NCBI RefSeq assembly: GCF_006345805.1
Contig: NC_043013.1
Location: forward strand, 36,890,001-36,954,000
Origin: Octopus sinensis
Lineage: Eukaryota
Reading direction: 5' to 3'
DNA: 64,000 nucleotides
Below are positions 40,246 to 53,494 of the stretch, in pieces. The translations under genes were made by a program, and so were the position numbers. The notes beneath the pieces were generated by a model that saw only the letters and a program-made list of their open reading frames with translations, had not been told where the DNA came from and did no database searches. The stretch's first letter is position 1. Each line of letters starts with the position of its first letter.

Positions 40246-42623
40246 ATCAAACTCCTTGTGTCCTTAAAACCGGGGAATGGAGGGACAAATAATTTTATTT
40301 TAAATCCTAAATCTATGGACAGCATGCATGCACAATAATGAACTTAATAAATACAAATAACAGCGTAGCTGATTGTGTAAAGATGGATAGTTTGTAGGCA
40401 GAATGCTTCTTTGATCATCTACTTAGCAGCTGACTAGGGATGTACAACAACAACAACAACAATTATACTTATTAATTCTTGCATACTTTGGTGTACCACT
40501 CTTGAGGTATTCTTTGTCATGTCTATAATCCATGAGATTAATTACTACTAAAATTATACAAATTCTTCATCACCTTATTAACTTTGTTGGGTTTTTTTTT
40601 ATGTGCTAATCTTCATTGTGTTTCGATTGGTATATTTCTCTTTTTCTATGCTTATATTCTTATGTTATTGTATGTCTGTGCACATGTCATAAGATGTAGA
40701 CAAGTATATAACTAAGATAACTGGATGCCACACAAACACACACACTTTACACACAACCCTGTGATGTCAGTACTTGCCCAACATATTGCATAATCTTTTC
40801 CTGTATAATCTTCCACAAGGACAACTTGCATATTACCCCTGCAAAAGACATGTATAAGTAGAAGACTAGTTTTCTTGAAAAGATGACATCGATGTATGTC
40901 ATTTGACCGTACTGTATTTTACTTACAATGCAAAAAAAGTTAATATTCAACACTCATTAACACAATCGTCAGGAAGTTTCTAGAAACTTTTATCCAGATA
41001 TTTTGGATCACTTACCCCCAAAAATACTTCACGAAAACGTGTTGTCAGAATATCTACATTCACAATCTTGATTTGGCTTTATCTTTCACTCGATCCGTTT
41101 GATGTGGAGTGGGAGTCAGTGGTGGCGTACAAGTTGATAAATAAGCAACAGCATTTATACTAGAGCGGAATACAATCAGCTTTACTTTATTCTGAGTAAG
41201 GAAAAAAAAAACCTTTTTGCCATGCCAAAACAGACCACCACCACCACCACCATCCTTTCCACTACTACTCATTATATTCAAACCATATATAAGTTCTGGT
41301 GTTAATTATTTCCCCTTCCTCATTACAATGTACATGGTTTTTGACATGGTCTCCTGTTGTACTTCTTAGAGGTCTGTTGTTTTAGATTTTATTTTAGATT
41401 TATGTATGTGTGCGTGTTTGTGTGGATTCATTCTCTTCTGTGTTAGTTAATTATTTATTTACATTCTAAGTAGAGTTTATACTAACTGAAGTCAGCCACA
41501 CCCTTGACTACTTGGGGTCCCACCAAACTTCTTCTACCCTGATATTACTTTACTTCTTACCATCTACATGAAGTAGCAGCAGCCATACCAATTCTCTGTA
41601 AATTTAATTGCTGCTCCTTAATGACAGAGTGGTGATGGTAGATACTTCCAATTAATAGCAGTGGTGATGGGTGGAGTTTTTTTTTTTTATATAGTTTTTA
41701 TCATCATTTTTATGGCTCTAGTTTAAGTATAATGATGCTGGTACTGATAATGAGAGAGAACTCATATTTGTGATTGTGATCATAGTCGTGATATGATGAC
41801 AACAACAACAACAACACCAACAATATTATTCTCCACCTACTCATTCATCCACTCTGAACCAAATATTCTTGTTTCTTGTATCTGAGTTTAAAACAATTGT
41901 GTTTCTCATTTTGTCATATCCCTGCATGGAAACTTCTCTTTCATCTCAGGTAACTCACTAATGTTTCCATTGGTGGTGTTCACGGACAGAGTTTAAACGT
42001 TACGCTTTCTGACTTTTCTGTACCTCCACCATACTTATCACTCCAGGAAATCTCATGTCATTTAAGAAGCAAACCATGAATGTCGTGAGAGTGAGCTGTG
42101 TCCACCCTTCAACTGTGAACACCTGCAATAAATGGTTCAGTTGACATCAAATAGATCACTAGCCAATTAGCTTGACACTCTACCACCTCTGTCATTCAAA
42201 ATAACAATGATAATTATGATGTTTAAATTTTCATTTTTGCCATAAGACTAGGTGCAATAATTTGGTTTATTTTAACTAAACGTGTCTTGCATTCTTAAAA
42301 GCAAAATCTTTCATTTACCCTTTCAAATGTACAGCAACTTCAGTATTTTGAGTTCTAACTCTGAGCAAGGAAGAAGTAAGACAACAACATTAAGATGTTA
42401 AGGACTTGAGTGATTCCAAAACTTCCTCAGCCTTTATTTACCCCACACCCTCTGAAACACTGGTGTTCTTACAACCTACAGGGCCCAACTAATAGTTAAG
42501 CAGTTATTTTATAATAGTTTGTTTCTATTCTCCCATGACAGGGTGGGCAGCAAATTCTTGCTTGCTGTTGTCATTCATGTTGTTGTCATTATCAGCCATA
42601 TTGCTTGTCTTCATGATGTGTCT

Positions 42624-42655
<32 letters not shown>

Positions 42656-43400
42656 CATCGGCATGTGTATGCATTGCGTCTGTGTTTGTATGTGGTGTGG
42701 CTGTGTGTGTGTGTGTTGCATGCCAGTGATAGGAACAGGAAGAACAGAATTAACTTGAGCTGATGCCTGTGTGTATGGGTGGATGTACACACACACACAC
42801 ACACACACACACTTTCATACACATATACAGAGGAAAACAAGATTTAATCACATGTATGTTAATTTGTGTGTTTGCGTATGCATGTCCATCCATCAGCATT
42901 TACACATGTGTATGTGTATATACTCATGAACCTATCTGCATGTGCATCTGTGTATGTATATATGTGCGTTCATGTATATTTATGCATATATTTAGTGTAG
43001 AACATACACAAACATCCTTTATCAAGACTCTATTAGATAATATCCTATCTCTTTTTCCCGTTTTATTTTTAATTTTCTAAAATCTTCCGTTTTGTTTCTG
43101 CTAATTAGTATTGCTAATTTATTTTGTGTTGATTCCTTTTAATTAAACCGACAAATCTCTACATCAGTTTGGCCTGTAGTTTGGCAGCATTAATGGCGGT
43201 GATGGTGGTGGGGGGGGTGCTCTTGGTAATGTTGGTGGTGGTGGTGGTGGTGGTTGTACCATGGTTGGTAATGCTCATGACTATTATAATAGTTGTAGAG
43301 CTGGTGGTAGCAGTAGCTAGCCATCTTGTCTGTTTGTCTGTCGCTGAGATTTCCTAATCAGTCTGGTTTTGTGGACATTTAATTACACATGCTCAAAGCT

Positions 43401-43436
<36 letters not shown>

Positions 43437-43445
43437 ATATATATA

Positions 43446-43481
<36 letters not shown>

Positions 43482-43886
43482 TCATATAGATAGATGTGTA
43501 TGTGTGTGTAATTAGATCATGCATTTTTGTTTGTATATGAGGTGGAGCAGTTGGCTTGTTGTGGTGAATGGAGAAAAAACAGTAAGGATATTCTTGTTGT
43601 TGTTTAACACCAGGTCTACACAGACTAAACAGGTTTTGCTTCAGAGGTACTCCAGACGTGACCACCTTGTCTTTTCCCATCCTTATTAACACCACATCAG
43701 TTATACCCTTCCCTTTTTAAGATGGCAAGATGTAATCTAAAGGAGTTTTGGGGGCTGATGTTTCTCTGATAATTTTCGTTATTATTGACGAAGATTTATG
43801 ACTCGTTAACCTTAAGATGAAAACAGGGAAAGTGGAGAATTAATGAAAACATGAACTTTTTAGTATCACTATTTGTGTGTGAGCTA

Positions 43887-44013
43887 TTAGGCAGTGAGCT
43901 AGAAAAATTATTGAGGTCAATAAAATAAGTACCAGTTGACTATGGGGTTGATGTAATCGACTTTCCCCTCCCCCAAAATTAGTGGCCTTGTGCCAAAATT
44001 TGAGACCTCTATT
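43887..44013 (+). mobile_element. SINE-like interspersed repeat fragment (family D); related fragments at about 25932-26026 (+), 14965-15080 (-), 20045-20200 (-), 7650-7800 (+)
   Basis: Shared motifs ctgagttcaaat...gaggtcaa...aagtaccagt...ggggttgatgtaatcgact recur in both orientations. Confidence 0.55.
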
Positions 44014-47000
44014 GGAGGGTGTTGTTTAATGAGGATTAGGGACAGAGGCAAGTTTGTTGGTGGGTACTTTTTATATTGTACTAGTCCCAAGTGATATGGT
44101 AAAAAAAAAAAGCAAGTAAAATGGTACGAGTACTAAGTAACTAGTAATTGTCAACGAAACTCCGTTCTGTAGAGAACTCAAAATGCTATTTGTGTCCGTG
44201 TACCATGGTGTGTGTGTGCATATGTGTCGTATATATATTTACGTTTGTGTGTCTCTGTCTGTCTGTTTAATTAATAACAAAGTACGTTTTTAAAAAGAGG
44301 ATTAACAAATAAGATGCTTGTATGTGTGTGTTTATATATTTATATGTGTATTGTGTGTATGTTTATCCTTGTTAATTGCCTGTGCCACCATATAAGTATA
44401 CTGTGATATTCCATCTTCACTTCCCCCGCCACCACTGGAAAAAATCAATACAATTAAGGCTTTATTATTTAATGAAAACAACATAAATTTAATTACTTTT
44501 ATTTTATTTTGTATTTTTTAATCTTTTTTTTTCTCATTCCATTATTATTACTATCATTATTATTATTATTATGTGTTATTATTGATATTTAGACTGTTGT
44601 CAGGCACCTACAGTTCTCTACCTGTTTGGCAATGCTGCTGGTACTATGTCAACTTTTGTGTCTATAAAGATCTAGTGTTGGGCAAGAGCGACAGTGATTT
44701 GGGAAGAGACTGGGAGTCCACATGGATCAGCCGAATATCCTATTCTGGATGGTTTTCTTGTAGAGGACTGTGGACAACTTCCAAAAATCCTTGGCTTAGC
44801 AGTGATCTCAGATTGAAGGTGGCAGACGCTAAAACCTTCTCCAGGATCTCATTCAATTTATGAACATAGCTGATCAGTAGAATTAGATTTGGTGGCTGTT
44901 GTCACATCTGGATCAGATCCATCTATCATCTTTGCTCCCTTCCTTTGGTCTTGAAGAGCTTTTTTTTTTTTTCTGCCAAGGTGGCATTGGTGAAAAAAAT
45001 TGTATGCGTGTATGAAAGGACTTACCTCTTTAGTCAAACCCTTGTCAATTTATTTTCAGGATCCACTTAGAGAGGAAAATGAGGGTGGAGAGAGAGAGAG
45101 TGAAAGAGGTATTTCTCTCTCCTGTGTGTCTGCTTAGAGGTAGGTGAGAGTGAGGAGAATGGTTTGCATGAATGGAACACAGTTGAGAGACTGAAGTTGC
45201 CCTTGGTAGATAGAGTAACCCTGTGTTTGTCAGGCTCCTTGATTGGCCCTTTCCTTTCATTCCTTTTGTATTTCATGCCTGTTCTTTTCCATAATTGATT
45301 CTGAAAAACCTCAGTTTTACTGATCTCTCCTTGCAATGTCCCCTCATTCATCACCCTTGTGGCAATAATAAAGAAAGGAAAAATCATCATCAACATCATC
45401 ATCACCACCACCACCACCGTCGTCGTCATCGTCATCAACATCATTTTCACCATTTATTATTTCCCCTGTTTTGTGTTTGTTTTCAATATATTCCTGCCTC
45501 TGTATTTGCATAAAAGTCACGTTTTATAATTAGGCTTAATTAAAATGTCTCATTCGTATCTTCGTCAATATTTAATTTAGTTTTCTCTACAATATCCACC
45601 TCCCCTCTCTTTCTCTCTATCCCCACCACCACCTATGCACACGCACACACACACACACACAAGCCTATGCACACATAATCACTCACACAAAAGCTTTTCG
45701 CTTCAGTTAGTGTTTCTGTTGCTTTCTGTATAGTTAAGATAAACAACAGCAACAAAAATAACAGTTGTAACACCAACAACAACAACAATAAATACGAGCT
45801 TTAGCATGACTCTTGCTGTAGTTTAAAATACAAAACATGTTTGTTTGTTTCTGTGTGTTTGTGTTTAATTTTAATTCTATATTTTTAACTACCTGTCTGT
45901 CTTTGTAGGTCAACGTATTTTTTTTTTACTTTGGATTATGTTGATGATTGCTTATTCCTTTCTTTTTTTCTACACGATCTTGATATATGAGAATGTGTGT
46001 GTGTGTGTTCAAATTCATAGTTGTAAGTTCATAATGTTTTGTGGACCAAAACCCTTTTTCTTTCTCTATTTCTTCTCTCTTCGCCACCGACTCTCAATAC
46101 TTGCATTTAAAGCACATCTAACTATATAATTACCACAATTAGTAAAAATTGTCACCTGCAGCATTTGGGAATCTACTTTTGAAACATGTTTTTAATATCA
46201 ACAAACTGTCTGTTTCCATCTCAGTCACACTAGCTCTTCCTTTCTCCTGCATAACTCTTCATAGGACTGGTTAGATAACCTGGCAATCTCTAGGTGAATG
46301 CTTAATCCCTTTAGATATAGCTGTTAAATTTTTCTCTAATTACACTTTACCATTTTAAAAATTAAAAGGGTCACAATTAGATGATGAAGTTCTAGATTGA
46401 CTTATTCTATGTCTGATTAAAAGAAAAACTACAAGACAGTTATGGTCTGATGAAAGGTGTACACAATGAGAGTTGATCCGGGATTAAGTGACAACAACAG
46501 GACTGATGATCTTCAATTTTTGTAATGCTAAACAAGTGGGAGATACAAGGACAGAGAGAGAGAGAGAGAGAGAGATTAAGGTTTTTGCAACCTGTGGGCG
46601 TGAAATATGTTTGATTTCTTGTTGAACTAATTCTCCTTCCATTTACTCTTTATACTTGAGATTTCTATATTTGAAATCTTCTGACATGATGACTTCTTGA
46701 GAAATCTATGCTGTAACCCAATGACATGTTAAGGTCTCTCTAACAATTTCATTGTGTGTGTGTGTGTGTGTGTGTAAACTTGAAATTTTCTTATGAAAGA
46801 TGCTTTGTCGGGATTTGTAGGTAGGCTAAATTAAAATGGGGCAGGGTGGGATTAATCATTTTTTTATGATTGGGGGCTAAGCAAACCACATGTCACTAAG
46901 AAATGCATAGGAAGTGATTGATGTGTGCGAGTGGGATAGAGAGAAAAAGAGAGAGGAAGAGAAAGGGAGTGTGATGGTTTTTGAGCCTCACCTGCGTTTT

Positions 47001-50000
47001 TTGTTTTCACCATATAATTAAAGTCCTGGCCAAACATTCCATCTGTTTAATGTAGCTGAACTTTTGTTTTCTGTGGAAATGTGGATATAATCTCCTCAAA
47101 ATACCACCACATAAAAGACATATCATATTACCAAGCGTACACATACATACAAATACACACACACATACTCTGATACTTAAATATTTAGAGGCTACTAGGG
47201 TTAAAGCATGGCACAATTTCAAACTCACTACAGGTATTTTATTGTGCACCTGAGTAAGATATAAATTTAAGCATTTGCTACCTCATGGTGATGATAAGGG
47301 GGAATCAAGATGTTAAAAACAGTTGCTGCAATAGTCCTTTCACATTCACACTTAGCTTGAGAAAATGGATATAAATTATGTAGATATGCGTAAACTAGAA
47401 AATGCAAATGCTTGCTTGGATGTTGTGTGTGTGTACATACACACATACACATATATGTACACACACTCAAAAGATGAGTTTATGTAAATGTTTTCCAAGT
47501 CCTGAGTACTCTTGTAAGTGTATCCTTTACTTTGATTTCAAATCAGTTTCCCACCCAGGTAACATTCACAGATCTCACGGTGATTTCTTTTGATGTTACA
47601 GGTAAACAAAATCAGTGCTGAATCAAGTGTATTGCTCCAGTACATACTAAAATGCTGTAGATTTGAGTGCCTTAGTTCAGCATAACTAATATTCAATAGA
47701 TCATTTTTCTATTTGGTCTGTGAGATTTGATGACTTAAAGCGATCCAGCTTTTGCTTTGCTATGGGAAGGGGTTTATTATTATTCATTATATTCAAGGAA
47801 CTTTAAGCAAGTGTATTAAAGTATGAAGTCCAGTCTAGCTGTCAACTGTCTGTACTATCACTTACCTACCTACCTACCCTAATGAGCTGGTAGACGCTGA
47901 GGCCAACAACATAGACTGCATCCAGGTCAGTTATTTGACTGATTGCTTGACAGATTAAATAATTAGTTGGCTGGTTGATCAGATGCAAGAACTGAGCATG
48001 GTATGTTGCAGGCTGGAGAGACTGGAAATTGAGTTCTAGCCATATACTTAGTTGTTGGTGTGTATTATGGCAGTAAAAAGTACTTTACAGTTAGTGTCTG
48101 ACCAGGTTCCATACATACATGCTCTGCACAACAAATACATCCATGTCTACAACATAAACACATATACAGATTGTTGATCCTCCTCAAGAGCTATTACTAA
48201 GAATCTAGTTGACTATTACTAATTGCAACAGTAAATCAACATGATGATTTTCCCACCACTACAGGTAATATCACCACTAACCACCAACAATAACACAACC
48301 AACAAAGGAACATGTTTGTATATAATCACCTATGTGACCTGTTGGAAATAGCAAACAAATTTCTTTCAAATCTCACAGCACCTTCTTAAAAAAAAGAGTA
48401 AGAAAAATTAGTTAGTGTGATTATAGTAGTGTAATGAAACAATGCTGGCTGTTGATACCAACACTACACCACAAATACTCTGGAGTTGATGATGTCTGAA
48501 TAAGACTAAAACATATCTAGAGTTGTCTTCCACAACTGTCCTGAACGGTTAACCTTTTCTTCCATTAAGTATGTTAACTCAGACCTAAATGATGTGGAAT
48601 ATATTTTGTTTTAGTAGCAATGATTGGGAGTTGGGGTCACACATGCACTCATGTAACATGCAATAGTCTTTGTGCGCTTCTAACTCAAGATTGAATTGAA
48701 CACTTTTTTCAATTTTGTAAGGTGCTCCTAACACCAATGTACTGGGATTTATTTAGTTAATTGAAACGCTGCTCCGCCATTGTGAGTTGAACCTCACTTG
48801 TTAAATTAATTCAGAGGAACCCAATGTTAATATAACACAGAGGTGTTCTGGTTTAGCTTCTATTCCTAGTTAAGAGTGCACATGGTTGCTGAAAGCACAA
48901 AAGTTGTAAAACTGTCTGTTCCTTCTGTTCAGTAACATTTCAGCCTCTGCCACCCACAAACTGGGTTTTGGGTGGTAGAGAAATAGAGAAACAGAGTGTA
49001 TGTGTACTTGTGTGTGTGTTTCATGTTAAATGCATGGACTTGTTTTGGGGTTTTTTTTGTTGATATTTTTGTTTTCTGGTACTGATCAGAAACTGGAATG
49101 TTCTAGTGCCTTCTGTACAGTGTGCACATATACAAATTTATGCACATATGCACATGCACACATGCATGAGTGTATACACACACTCACACACACACACAGC
49201 CTCTGGCTGTGTAGTTGAAGATTTAATTACTACTTTCTTCATTGCCCACATTCTGGTTGTTTTTTTTTGTTCATTGTTCCATTCTCTTTCTTCCTCCTCC
49301 TCCTCCTCCTCTAACACCATCACCACCACCTGGCACCCTCTTCTAACCCTCTACCTACTTCCTTTTCTCTTCAATTAAGCAATCCAGGTGTGTCTTTAGA
49401 AAATGAAGCTAGTGAGTGACCAAGTGGTTTGTTCCATTCCTACACATCAGCAGCAGCAGTAATATCACCACCACAACCACCACCATGGACCACTTGTACT
49501 CCCAACCTAGATTCCCTTACACTCCTCCTATATAACTACCTAAAATCACTACCTACTACTACCAACACCGTGTTCTCTTTAATTAGCCTCTCTCTCTCCT
49601 GACACCCCTTTCTCCCTTTATTTCATTTTGGGATCTCTCTTCCCACCTTTTTAACTACTGTCTACCTAGATACCATCCCCTCCTCTCTTTCACAGTTTTC
49701 CCCACTGTGAAGTGTTAGCAAGTATACAGCATTATATTTCCCATTTGATCTCCTCAAGTTAGCATGGTAACAGTAGAGTGGAATGCAGTGCAGAGGACAC
49801 CAGCTTTGTAGTTAATTTTTATGTATTCAAACGCTTTAGCAAATCATTAAAGTTGATAAGTGCATGAATAGACAGTGAGACTAATTAATCAATTTATTAA
49901 TTAAGGAATTTTTTCTGAGCCTACACCTTTGTACTTTTATCTGATTTTTTTTTTTAATTAAATCAAAATTGTTCAGTGTGACTTTGCTTTAATGGTATAT

Positions 50001-51084
50001 TTGTGTTAGTATGACTAATGATTGGTCCCATATGAAGGCTGTTATGTAATATTCATAAAAATAAATGAAAACTTTGTAGTATTTGTAAGACTGTTTGTTT
50101 CCAGTTCTACGGTACACAGTAAAAGCATGTAAACGAATAGTTTTGTGAAATTTATTCCTTAGTTCTTGAAATTATCTCCCCTCCTTTTCTTGAGTTATTG
50201 ACAATTACTGCTAGGTTTTTGTTTGCTTTCTCTAATTGAGATGAAAAATTTCAATTAATTAACAACTTTTGGTTAGTCATTCAGTTACATCGCTTTGCCT
50301 GCTTTACAATAAGATTCAATGAAAGGTGGACGAGATAAGGCATGTTTGCAGGAGGGGGCAGTGACCACAACCAAGGAGAAATATCATGTAATACATCTTT
50401 AAAAAGAAAGCCATAGCCCTCAGAAGAGGTGAGAGGTGAAGTAATGAAATGTTGAATGAGTGAGAAAGAGAAAGTGTGAGGGGCAGTGTAGAAGACCTCT
50501 TCACCCTAAACAAAAATCATGGCAATGACTAAACCATGTAAGGTGTTGAAACTGAGGTTTTACTATCTCTAAGGGAACCTTGTAAAGTGGGGGAAAGCAG
50601 GCAGAGTTTTGAAACTCTTTAAGATTGAGTTAGGCATAACCAAGATTCTGGGAGACCTCTTTCCTTCTCTATTCCATATCTTATCAATCTGTGTGAATGT
50701 TTTGTGCTTTTATGTATCTTTCTAGCTATCTATCTGTCTGTTTGTCTGTCTGTCTATATATTCCCCACTCACACATACACACACACACACACACATGTAC
50801 ACACTCACACAACCTAATCAGAGTTGACAAGGAGGAAAGTTTTTCTTCACTTTCTGTTAGCATTTTGTTAAGTCTAATTGTCAGCTCATATTTCTGTAGC
50901 TACTGACAGAGAAAACTGATAATGACACTAGGGTGGCGACGGTGATATTGGTGGTAGTGGTAGCTCAGGGTGATGGTGATGATAATGATGACTACTACTA
51001 ACATATACACCCACCCACCTACCGTCCAACCCCCCCTCCCACTTCTTCCCATTCCTGAAAAGTAATGGAAATATGATGACAATT

Positions 51085-51675
51085 ATAATAAGTTTTTAGT
51101 GTTAGTGGTAATGATTGCAGTAGTAGCAGTAGTAGTAGTAGTAGTAGTAATGTTGGAGTGTTGTGGGGTGGGGAAGTAAGTGGAAGATGGGATGGAAATG
51201 GGTGTGGTAGTCATAATTATTAGACTGATGATGGTGGTGATGGTAATGACAATAATGACATTTGTGGTGTTGGTGGTGTTGATGATGATGATGATGAGGG
51301 TACAATGATAAGTAGTTGTAAAAGGTGGTGGTAGGAGTTGTAATAGTAACAGCAGAGGTGAAGGGGTGGTGATAGGAGATATAGAGGTGGTGGTGGTGGT
51401 GGTAGTAGTAGTGGTAGTAGAGGTTGCCTAATACCACCAATTGGTAGTGGTGACTGTGGTGGTAGCTGTGATGAGGAAAAATAATCACAATAATTAAAAA
51501 ACAAGAAATAATAATCTCAGCTGTAACAATGGCAGTTTTAATAATTTGTGTTGGGTGTGAGGGACGTTGTTGTTGTTGCTGTGATTAATGATAAAAGGAG
51601 TGATTAATGAGAAGGATGATGATGATGATGACAATGGTGATGATGGTAGTAATTACGATGATGATGATGATGATA
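51085..51675. repeat. Mosaic trinucleotide simple-sequence region (AGT/GGT/GAT)
   Basis: Directly visible; gives the His/Tyr-rich - strand ORFs 51102..51488 and 51220..51504. Confidence 0.85.
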
Positions 51676-52930
51676 ACAAAGAAAGGGGTACTACTAGCAT
51701 AGTTGCTTGCCACTCTTCAATGTTCTGATCAGGTTGGTAAAGACTAGTCTCTGTGTGTGTGTGTAAACGGAAGAGAGTACAGAGAAGAGTTGGCAAGGGG
51801 ATATGGACAAATGAATGGAACAGGGATTTAAAGATTTAATTGGTTATAAATACAACAGACCGTTTTAGGGCTATTTCTCCTTGCCAAAGTGGAAGGTTAG
51901 TTAGCCTTGTGAGCCCTATCACAATATTCTAATCATTATATTCAACATTTTTACCTTTTCAAGTTGGTGGTCTTACCAACGGATATCTTTTTCGTGAACT
52001 GTATCCTTGTAGTGAATATCAAGATATTAAATTTGTATGATCCTGGGGACTGGGAAAATAGCTGTTATTTATTGACTGCCGTGCATGCATATCTGATGCT
52101 TTTAAATATTGAATGTAAAGGCATAAGGCTAAATACTATGAAATATATGCATACATACAGAGAGACAAACGTGCAAGACATGCACTCTGTCTAGTGTTTT
52201 GCATATGCTATGCAGTTACATAGGCAAGTGTTTTGTTTTCCTTTTAATATATTTGGATATATGCAATGCGTTTCCCTATTTGTGTGTGTGTGTGCATGTT
52301 GCATGCAGAAGTGTGAATGACAGCAGGATTTCATGTATCTGTATGCATACATGTGTGTGTATGTATGTGTGTGTGTGTGTGTGTGTGCATTCATTTTCCT
52401 ACCACCCTTTTGTATATATGTGTACGTGATAATGAAGCCGTTTTGCAAAAATTCTACGCAATTGGATTAATATTTTTGTTTCTTTTGTTATTGTTTGAAT
52501 TTTATGCAAATAAGATTTTAGCGGTGGTGGAGTGGGCGGGAGCAGCGGCAGCATTGTGTATTTGAAATTGGAGGAGTCTGCATGTGTGATATAACTGGAA
52601 GTGGTCCTAGTGGTAATGAGTATAGAAGGCTAGTGTGCTGGGCGAGATGGGGTGCGGTGGGGTGGACAACTGTCCTTGTTAGACCCCCCAAACACTAATG
52701 GCAAGAGAACTAAATCTTAAGTGGTGGTGGTGGTGGTGGTGATGGTTGATGAGGAAGTGGAGCATGGGGGAAGTTTAAATATTGAAGTGACTTGTTTCCT
52801 TTTTTTTTTTCACTCATCCTTCCACCTTCTCTCTGACTTTTAGATTAAATCTCTTTGCCAACCTTATCTGGACCTACTGAATATTTGTTGTTGATATCAT
52901 CATCATCATCATTATTATTATTTATTTTGT

Positions 52931-53232
52931 GAGGACAAATGGCCTAGTTGTTATGGTCTTGCACTCACAATTTCAAGATCGCGGTTTCAATCCCTGGACC
53001 GGGTAGCACCATGTGTTCTTGAGCAAAACACTTCATTCCACGTTGCTCTGCAATCACTTCAACACCTGACGCGTGGCAGACTGTGCACCTGTCCAGACAA
53101 CACCGATCTGATGGAGAAAGTGAGCTAATGCACAGCACATACATCTGATCACTATAAGCAAATCATTTGTGCAGGTAGTTTGACAAAAAAGCTGAACACT
53201 GATACATCGTCTTTGATGGGAGAGTCCATCAT
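52931..53232 (+). mobile_element. tRNA-derived SINE with CORE-like segment (family C), about 260 nt upstream of exon B
   Basis: Head GAGGACAAATGGCCTAGTTGTTA...GCGGTTTCAATCCC (A/B boxes), then TGTGTTCTTGAGCAAAACACTTCATTCCACGTTGCTC, resembling the CORE-SINE motif from recall. Confidence 0.75.
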
Positions 53233-53494
53233 TATTAATTTAGATTTCTAATATATTCCTCCAAATTATTACTATTAGTGTATCCATGGTTTTAGGCTCG
53301 GTCAACAAACTTAGAGACTGGTGTACTAAACGACGGTCGCAGTTCAGTGATTGTAAACTGGTTATAGAACTGGAAATATATATATTTGTGTATTTTCATA
53401 TAAATGTTATATATGTGTGCACATATAAATAATATAAATATATATATAATTTTTTTTTTCTGAAAATTACTAATATCAACTTTTATTATTTCAG

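Larger units (their letters stand above)
19042..53494 (+). other. GT-AG intron between exons A and B (34,453 nt, phase 1)
   Basis: Starts gtaggt and ends tttcag; frame is preserved across the junction. Further small exons inside cannot be excluded. Confidence 0.7.

Noticed and set aside
40972-40986. Perfect heat-shock element nGAAnnTTCnnGAAn
   Set aside because: Only 9 bases are specified; a rough estimate gives about one chance match per 64 kb at this base composition, and it is not near a known promoter.
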